This document shows positions 55,111 through 64,000 of a DNA stretch of 64,000 nucleotides, piece after piece. The position numbers were made by a program, and so were the translations under genes. Positions within the stretch are counted from its first letter, which is position 1, and every line of letters begins with the position of its first letter. This DNA is from Octopus vulgaris (taxonomy: Eukaryota): contig OX597824.1 in the NCBI GenBank assembly GCA_951406725.2, positions 18,476,001 through 18,540,000 of the forward strand, read 5' to 3'. A model generated the notes under the pieces. The model saw only the letters and a program-made list of their open reading frames with translations, ran no database searches and had not been told where the DNA came from.

Positions 55111-55681
55111 AAACAAACCCAACACTATGCAAAATGTATTTCGGCATTATAGAATTGCAAAATAAGCTGTAACGATTTCGCCAATCCTTCTGCTGCGACA
55201 GCGGTGGCGCTGGCGAAGAACCTACAGCCTTTATAATCTGGACACAACGTCCTCAATCGGCTGTACTCAAAAAATACCAAAGCTAAGTCCACTGCGTAAA
55301 TCTCATCAAAGGTGTTCGCTTGAACGCGATGCACTTTTTGCAGTTACACAAGATTAACAGCATACTGTATAGCTTTGTTAATACTGCTGCTACTATTGTT
55401 GTTGTTGTTGTTGTTGTTGGTATTGTTGTTGCTGATGTTTCTTCAGATATGCCATCTACAGAATATTTCTGGTGGTTAAATATGCCATTGACCCTCCCGA
55501 AGATTACGAGATCCGTCTTATATTGTTCCAAAGTCTACTATTCTGGCTCTGTCTACTTTTCGCTCACTCTTTCCATTATTCTAGCATTCCTGGCTTGTTA
55601 TCTCTCCCTGTCTTTCGCTCCCCCTCTCTCATTCACTCTTTTTATACATATATCGATATGTGTGTATGTGTATTATACATG

Positions 55682-55714
<33 letters not shown>

Positions 55715-55718
55715 GTAT

Positions 55719-55950
55719 AAGGCGGCGAGCTGGCAGAAGCGTTAGCGCACCGGGCGAAATGCTTAGCAGTATTTCGTCTGCCGTTACGTTCTGAGTTCAA
55801 CTTCTGCCGAGGTCGACTTTGCCTTTCATCGTTTCGGTGTCGATAAATTAAGTACCAGTTCGCACTGGGGTCGATGTAATCGACTTAATCCTTTTGTCTC
55901 TCCTTGTTTGTCCCCTCTATGTTTAGCCCCTTGTGGGCAATAAAGAAATA
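55719..55950 (+). mobile_element. SINE family C, full length, within (TA)n
   Basis: AAGGCGGCGAGCTGGCAG...GCAATAAAGAAATA. Confidence 0.93.
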
Positions 55951-56228
55951 TATATATATATATATGGTGTTAAGTGACGAAGTCGAATGTACGTCGCATA
56001 GAATGCCTAGTGGTGTATGTTTCGGCTCCGTAAGTTCTGAGTTCAAATCCTGCCATTTGTCAGCGAAAGAAGCACCTATTCAAAGTATATCAGAAGTTAT
56101 AAGCTGCGTAAATTTTATAGAAAGCGACCAAATAATTCAGTTGCTTACTTTCAATAAATGCGGAGCAATTAGCTGAAAATTCAAGGCGACGTTCACTGTC
56201 TGAGCCCGCAAATCTATGCATGCATATA

Positions 56229-56772
56229 TTGGGTTGTCCGGAAAGTTCATGCCGATTTTTAAAGGAAAGAAAAAGGTCAATAAATACTTGCCATTATATT
56301 TTTAATCAACCAAATATGAACCATTCTGTTGCACAATGCGTCTCTATTTTCCCTTTAACTTGAAAATATCCTCTTCTCAGAACTGAGGTGGTTTCATGGC
56401 AAAGAATTCATCAAGGTATCTTTTCATATCATACAAGGAATTGAAATTTTTACCATATTGAGTATATTTGCAGAGACCTGAATAAGTGGAAATAATTGGT
56501 GAATATGGAGGGTGGGGTAACTCATTCCAGCCGAGCTGCAGCAATTTTTGTCTGGTTCCCAAAGCATCAAGCGCCGAAAATGAACTTTCTTATCTTCCAT
56601 TTTAAAGGGTTACAAAATTAACACAGGTCATAGGAACATCTTCCATGAAAAGATAGCTTAAATTGTGCTCTAAATGGAGGTGTAGTCAAATCTTTTATGA
56701 ACTCAACCATGTTCTAAAACAAGTCGAAAGGTAAGCTACTATAAATCGGCACGAACTTTCCGGACAACCCAA
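56229..56772 (-). mobile_element. Non-autonomous mariner, same family as 39713-40279
   Basis: Same TIRs and the same internal junction TTGATGCTTTGGGAACC; LGWNELPHPPYSP remnant. Confidence 0.95.
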
Positions 56773-56972
56773 TGTATACAACCTATTAAGGAGATATATA
56801 ATCAGGGTCAATTTTACCCTACACATTGAAACAATACTGGCACTTAATCGATTCTGGATTCTCATCGCAGCCAATTCCAGATAACCGAGCAGCGAATCTG
56901 TTTAAATACGCAAGAAATCCTGCAGCACCAGATTATTGAAGCGACTAGATAGATAGATAGATAGATAGATAT

Positions 56973-57030
<58 letters not shown>

Positions 57031-57145
57031 TTAGTTCAAGGTAATTTGACTCCTGGTAATTTCACTCCCACTATTTTGGCCCCGGTATATATATATATAT
57101 ATATATATAGATAGATAGATAGATATATAGATAGAGCATGAATGT

Positions 57146-57185
<40 letters not shown>

Positions 57186-57400
57186 GTTTGTGTGTCTGTG
57201 TTTGTCCCCACAACATCGCTTGACAACCGATGCTGGTGTGTTTACGTTCCCGTAACTTAGCGGTTCGGCAAGAGGGACCGATAGAATAAGTACTAGGCTC
57301 ACAAAGAATAAGTCCTGGGGTCGATTTGCTCGACTAAAAGCGGTGCTCCAGCATGTCTGAAGTCAAATGACTGAAACAAATAAAAGAATAAAAGAATATA

Positions 57401-57440
<40 letters not shown>

Positions 57441-57512
57441 TAGACAGACAGACAGACTGACTGACAGACAGACAGACAGACAGGCAGGCAGGCAGACAGA
57501 TAAATAGATAGA

Positions 57513-57548
<36 letters not shown>

Positions 57549-57563
57549 TAGATAGAGAGAGAG

Positions 57564-57602
<39 letters not shown>

Positions 57603-57605
57603 CAG

Positions 57606-57706
<101 letters not shown>

Positions 57707-58162
57707 TGCGGTGGTGGTTACTACACAAGTAAGACATATATATTTTAAGTCTGTTTTTATAAACGAGCTACACGGCGATTATAGCGTTTACAGTGACGTT
57801 ATATTCAACAGAGAATATTCTTGTAATGCTTACGAAATGGCATAATTTTACATTCACAGTTGACATTGGTCTAAGATTTAATGCTCGAATCTTGATTAAA
57901 TCTGACAAGTTTCAAATGGATTAGATCAAATGTATAAAGAAAATATTAATGGTGAAAATTGCGGAAATGAAACGTGCGTGTATATGGTGTATATGTGTAT
58001 ATATATATGTGTGCATATGTCTAGGTGTATATGTGCTTTGTGTGCTTGTGAGATGCATGTTGATAAGACATTACGTATGAAAGAAGAGAGCATCAGGATT
58101 ATATTTAGTGAGATAATGAATGCAAGTCAGGTTTTGCTACAATTGAATAGGGAATGCATGAT

Positions 58163-58198
<36 letters not shown>

Positions 58199-58199
58199 G

Positions 58200-58525
<326 letters not shown>

Positions 58526-58849
58526 GAGAGAGAGAGGGAGGGAGAGAGAGAGAGAACAATGTGTCCGTACGCCGCTATATATATATACATATAAAATAAA
58601 ATGCAAAATGGGACAAGAACGCAAAACATCCGGACAACTAGGTGATACAAAAGGGGACAACAAAACATCCAGATAGACGATACAAAAAAAAAAACACGGA
58701 CGGGTCATTCGAAGCCTATTATCTTCAGTCAAGAACCGGATCATCCTCGCAATTTCGGCTGATATAAATATATTTATATAAATTTTATTTCGGGATGCGA
58801 TAAAAAAAACCCATGGGTGTGTAGATTTTAGAATATTTATAGATAGATG

Positions 58850-58897
58850 GTCTTACACCTGTTTCCGGGATATTTATTATATCCCTTCATCGGAGTC
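58850..58897 (-). ncRNA. Minimal hammerhead motif, family H4
   Basis: GACT-CCGATGA-A-GGGATAT-aataa-ATATCCC-G-GAAA-CAGGTG-TA-AGAC. Confidence 0.68.
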
Positions 58898-58970
58898 GGT
58901 GTGAGAGGATGGTTAAGAGAAAGTTGTCATTACTTGACACCTTTGGGTCTCAATGACACCATTACCTCCC

Positions 58971-59058
<88 letters not shown>

Positions 59059-59060
59059 CC

Positions 59061-59292
59061 TTATTTTAAAGCGGCAGAAATATCACAAAATATGTTACTC
59101 AGAGTTTCACCTTCCCTTGAGACGGACAGATTTGCTAAAATCTAACAAAACTGTCCGACGAAAGGGGAGCGTGATACTCTGAGTAACAGTTTTTGTGATA
59201 TTTCTGCTGCTTTGAAATAAAGCATATTTATTCTACCTCTGGTATTTGAGGAGTCTTTTTTCCACCTTGTTTCACATTTATGTACTTACCCC
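59061..59292. mobile_element. Family H5 palindromic element with two divergent degenerate hammerheads
   Basis: Inverted repeat 59061-59220. Plus motif CTGT-CCGACGA-...-GATA-CTCTGAG-TA-ACAG at 59151-59189; minus motif CTGTCCG...GAAA-CTCTGAG-TA-ACA at 59093-59129. Confidence 0.75.
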
Positions 59293-59365
59293 GATATATA
59301 TATACTTATATACATACATACCCCATCGCACGCGCGCACACACATCGCACGCACGCATACACACA

Positions 59366-59537
59366 GAGTCACCAAAGGCCTGGCTGGGGACCCAACCTTC
59401 CGAGTTCTTTTACAGGGTTTAGAAAACCCGAAGGACCGCTGCAATAAGTGTGTGAATCTGAGAGGAGAATATTTTGAATTCATAGTTAAATGATCCTCCT
59501 GTATTTTATTTTACTCAAAGCCAAGAATATTTGAGCT
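59366..59537 (+). mobile_element. Mariner-derived MITE fragment
   Basis: ...KDRCNKCVNLRGEYFE transposase C-terminus remnant; homologous to 2897-3108. Confidence 0.7.
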
Positions 59538-59586
59538 TCCTCTCTATATACATACATACATACATACATACATACATACATACATA

Positions 59587-60000
59587 GGCGCAGGAGTGGC
59601 TGTGTGGTAAGTAGCTTGCTAACCAACCACATGGTTCCGGATTCAGTCCCACTGCGTGGCATCTTGGGCAAGTGTCTTCTGCTATAGCCCCGGGCCGACC
59701 AATGCCTTGTGAGTGGATTTGGTAGACGGAAACTGAAAGAAGCCTGTCGTATATATGTATATGTATGTATGTGTGTGTGTGTGTTTGTGTGTGTGTTTGT
59801 CCCCCCTAGCATTGCTTGACAACCGATGCTGGTGTGTTTACGTCCCCGTCACTTAGCGGTTCGGCAAAAGAGACCGATAGAATAAGTACTGGGCTTACAA
59901 AGAATAAGTCCCGGGGTCGATTTGCTCGACTAAAGGCGGTGCTCCAGCATGGCCGCAGTGAAATGACTGAAACAAGTAAAAAAGTAAAGAGTAAAGAGTA
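59587..60000 (+). mobile_element. SINE family B, full length
   Basis: Head GGCGCAGGAGTGGCTGTGTGGTAAG, tail (GTAAAGA)n. Confidence 0.94.
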
Positions 60001-60230
60001 TACATACATACATACATACACACACACACACTCACACACGTACACACACACGCACGATACCGGAAAAATCCAAAACCATCTGCGGGAATTCTTAACAGTT
60101 CTTAGCTTTGGGTAAAAGAAAATATATGTATTAATATAAACGCATACGTATGTACATGTGACCGCGTGTGTACCGTTGGCGATTTTTTTTTTCTTCTGTC
60201 TTCCCTTCTCTGGATCTTTCCTTCTCCTAG

Positions 60231-60265
60231 GTTTCTGACGAAGAGCTCCGCTCGAAACGTTAAAC
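60231..60265 (+). ncRNA. Minimal type-I hammerhead with intact core, family H2 (element 60155-60363)
   Basis: GTTT-CTGACGA-A-GAGC-tcc-GCTC-GAAA-CG-TT-AAAC; all core bases canonical, stems I and II perfect, palindromic AACGTT. Confidence 0.85.
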
Positions 60266-60363
60266 TCTCCTTCTTTCCTTCTTTCATGAGCGTCCAATAA
60301 TACTATATTTCTTCCACGTCCTCGCGTTGTTGTGTTTTTTTGTGCTTTCTTGTTTGGATTAAC

Positions 60364-60439
<76 letters not shown>

Positions 60440-60696
60440 TATGTATGTATGTATGTATGTATTATGCATGTATATATGTATGTATGTATATATGTATATG
60501 TATGTATATGTATATATTCTTTTATTCTTTTACCTGTTTCAGTCATTTGACTGCCGCCATGCTGGAGCACCGCCTTTTGTCGAACAAATCAACCACAGGA
60601 CTTACTCGTTGTAAGATTCGTACCACACAGCCACGTATGCGCCTATATTTGTATACATATACACATATAAACATATATATGCATATATACATACAT

Positions 60697-60768
60697 GAGC
60701 GTTATACTAATACATCTGTTTGTTTTGTACACCACCTGTCTTCGTCTTTTGTTTTTTTCGTAAACTCT

Positions 60769-60810
<42 letters not shown>

Positions 60811-60975
60811 GGAAGGTTTACGAAAATAAACAAAAGACGAAGGCAGGTGGAGTACAAACAAACAAATGTATTAGTATGGCGCTCAGGAATAGAAATAGAA
60901 CAAGTCTTTTATGGTTTCGAGCCTACGCTCTTAAACAGAAAGATACACAGAAAAAAAAAACAAGGAGAGAAACAA
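60697..60975. mobile_element. Family H3 tail-to-tail inverted pair around (TA)n
   Basis: 60697-60771 is the approximate reverse complement of 60810-60885; degenerate hammerhead on the minus strand at 60905-60943. Confidence 0.8.
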
Positions 60976-61670
60976 GGAGAGAAAAAAATGCGTGTAGGTG
61001 CTACCTTGATCACCTTGACTGATCGGTTCGTCGGGCATCCATTTGACACCACTGGTCACAGCACGCTGTCCACTCCTCTCTGCATGTGCACAGGAAAGGA
61101 CATACATGCAGATTTATATTCATACATATGATGAATGCATATAAAATCTGCGTGTATGTGTGTGTATATATTTATGAATATACATTCGTGCATAACAATG
61201 TGCGTATAAGCTCATTTTCTGAGTCAGAATGAAAGTACAGTGAATTTAATGATTGTGGGAGAACGAGAAACGATACTCGAGAATTTGAGGGAGAATTTAA
61301 TTGTGTAAGAAGACGGAGAAATGATGAGCATGATGCGGAGTAGGATAGTGGCTTTGGGGGGGGGGGTGCTACTTGTGAGGATCATGAGGAACATGATGGT
61401 GGTGGTGGTGTTGCTGGTGGTGGTGGTGGTGGTGGTGGTGGTGGTGGTGGTGGTGGTGGTGGTGGTGGTGTGGTGGTGGTCATCGTCGTCGTCGTGGTTG
61501 TGGTAGTCATCGTCGTTGTGGGGGCTGCCGTGGCGGTGGTTATGGTGATGGTCATGTCATGATTATGACGAAAACGATGGCGATGGTGAAGATGGGGTTT
61601 GTCGATGATGTCGATGATGAAGAGGTAACAGAAAATATCACCAGTAGCAGCAGCAGTGGCGGCAGCTGTT

Positions 61671-61704
<34 letters not shown>

Positions 61705-61722
61705 CAGCAGCAGCAGCAGCAG

Positions 61723-61844
<122 letters not shown>

Positions 61845-62872
61845 AAAGAGAACAGAAAGAACAAGAAAAAAAAGAAAGAAAGAAAGAAAGTAAGGAAAAA
61901 GAAAGAAAGAAAAGAAGAGAAAGAAGAAGAAGGAGAAGGAGAAGAAGAAGAAGGAGAAGAAGAAGAAGAAGAAGAAGAAGAAGAAGATTAGCAAGAAGAA
62001 GAAGAAGAAGAGAAACAGGCATAAGAGTGGTTCGCTGATTATAGAAGCTAAAATTGGGGTAACATTACCACATATCTCAGGTGTTGAGTGAAATCATGTC
62101 GAGTTGTTTAGGGTCGGGGCGGGATGAGTAAACCCAAGTGGAGATATGGAACTCTGTGGGCAGTGGGGAAAAAAAAAATAAGAAGAAGAAAAAGGAAAAA
62201 CTTCGAGGCTGCATTTTGATTTAAGCGTTATGAATTTGTTATTCATTCACACAGCTGGAATTTTGAGATACAGGCAGGAGATAGCTTGGCTCACATCTCA
62301 CCAAACACACATAAATATTTGTGTCTGTGTATCTATCTGTGTGTGTGTGTGTGTACGTATGTGTGTTTGTGTATGTGAGTGAGAGAGAGAGAGAGAGAAA
62401 GAGAGAGTAAACGGGAAAGGAAAAGGATGTATGTGTATGTATATTTACTTATGGTGCCTGCAATTTCGTGTATGCAGAAACATGTATGAATGTATGTATG
62501 TATGTATGTGTTTATCTAAATATGAAAATGTGTATATATATATATGCATTGATGATGTATATAAAATTTTGTGCATATATCTATGTATGTACTTACGTGT
62601 GAATGTATGCATTTACGCTTATATCAACACACACGTGCAATATAAATATATATATATATATGTGTATGTACGCGTGTTTGCTTGCAAATATGTAAAAATA
62701 TATACGCATTAACATGGTTTCATCTATACAGATGAATAGAAAGATAGATAGATAGATAAAGAGAGAGAGAGAAGTCAGACATACACACTTGCACGCACAC
62801 ACGCACGCACGCATACAAGCGTGAAGGCACATCAGCACATGCATACATACACAACAAATACATACATACACG

Positions 62873-62927
<55 letters not shown>

Positions 62928-62960
62928 TTGTGTGTGCTTGTGTTTGTATGCATATATGTA

Positions 62961-63009
<49 letters not shown>

Positions 63010-63084
63010 TTACATATATATACACGTATATATATATATGCATGTATATATGCGTATATATATTTATGTATTTATATGTGTGCG

Positions 63085-63116
<32 letters not shown>

Positions 63117-64000
63117 CATACATACATACATACATACATACATACATACATACATACATACATACATACATACGTACATACGTACATACATACATACATA
63201 CATAGATATATGTGTACTAACATATATATTAAATGCACACATATATGTATATGTGTGTGTGTGTGTTTGTGTCTATGTTGGAACGAGCATGCATATATGC
63301 TTATATGCACATATGCGTGTACGTGTGTATGTGTGTGTATGCTTGTACGTGTGAGTATAATTGATAAGATCGCGTTAGTAATGTTACTCGACCGATGAGT
63401 AATCATCAGTAAGTAAAAATACTGAAACACAGGAAAAAAAAAAAGAACTTCTAAGATCATTTGTGAGTTAAAAGCCACAGCTGGTCATGACTTCGTAATG
63501 TCTTTACCAGAAGTTTCTGCGGTTCTTCTCATGTAACTCTGACTACGATGTATCTCTAGTGAAGTGGTTTATCTCTTAATCTAAACAGGCCATCAAGTTC
63601 TGTATCGGAGGATACATCACAAAAAAACAGAGCAGTGATTCTTTAGTGTGCAGTATACAATGAAGTCCCTCTTGTTGCAGTTGTTTACTTAGACGTTTTG
63701 TGGGGGGATTTAGCACCAATGCATCGATATTCGAGCAGATTTGGAGATCAAAGGTAATCCCGTTATGACCATCTAACAACTCTTCTGGAAGACACCATGG
63801 AGGTGACCGAGAGGGAGTTCAAGACACCCAGAAAAAGGAGAACGCTTGCACATTCCCCATCCATATCCCCCACAAAAAAAGAAGAAAAACAACACCCCAC
63901 AGAAAAAAAAAAAGATCGGGCACTACTGTCCCAGAAGAGAAAATAAAAAAGAAAAAAGATGGAACAAAAACCCTGGTAAAATGTGATACCAGGGATAAAT

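Noticed and set aside
58700-58765. Minus-strand CTGAAGA...GAA in a TA-flanked repeat
   Set aside because: Stems II and III do not form convincingly.
63576-64000. Possible LINE remnants (GITFD motif on the minus strand; MEVTEREFKTPRKRR ORF1-like start on the plus strand)
   Set aside because: Too short and degenerate, and cut by the window end.

Overview
AT-rich eukaryotic, essentially non-coding DNA (intron or intergenic) dominated by microsatellites and transposons. The SINE repertoire and microsatellite load resemble an Octopus-type coleoid cephalopod genome (my recognition, not a database result). No host protein-coding gene can be supported; almost all supplied ORFs are microsatellite translations. 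Recognisable contents: three abundant tRNA-derived SINE families (called A, B and C here) plus chimeric variants, SINE-C tandem arrays, a CR1-type RT fragment, RTE-like 5' and 3' fragments, two mariner deletion families, hAT-like MITEs, a non-autonomous Helitron and several fold-back elements. The most interesting signal is about 13 minimal type-I hammerhead ribozyme motifs (many degenerate) in at least five short, non-coding, Penelope-like families that form inverted repeats and mostly sit in (TA)n tracts. One family (547-1135) joins a tRNA-derived Pol III head to a hammerhead-bearing tail, making it a candidate Penelope-mobilised, ribozyme-containing SINE.
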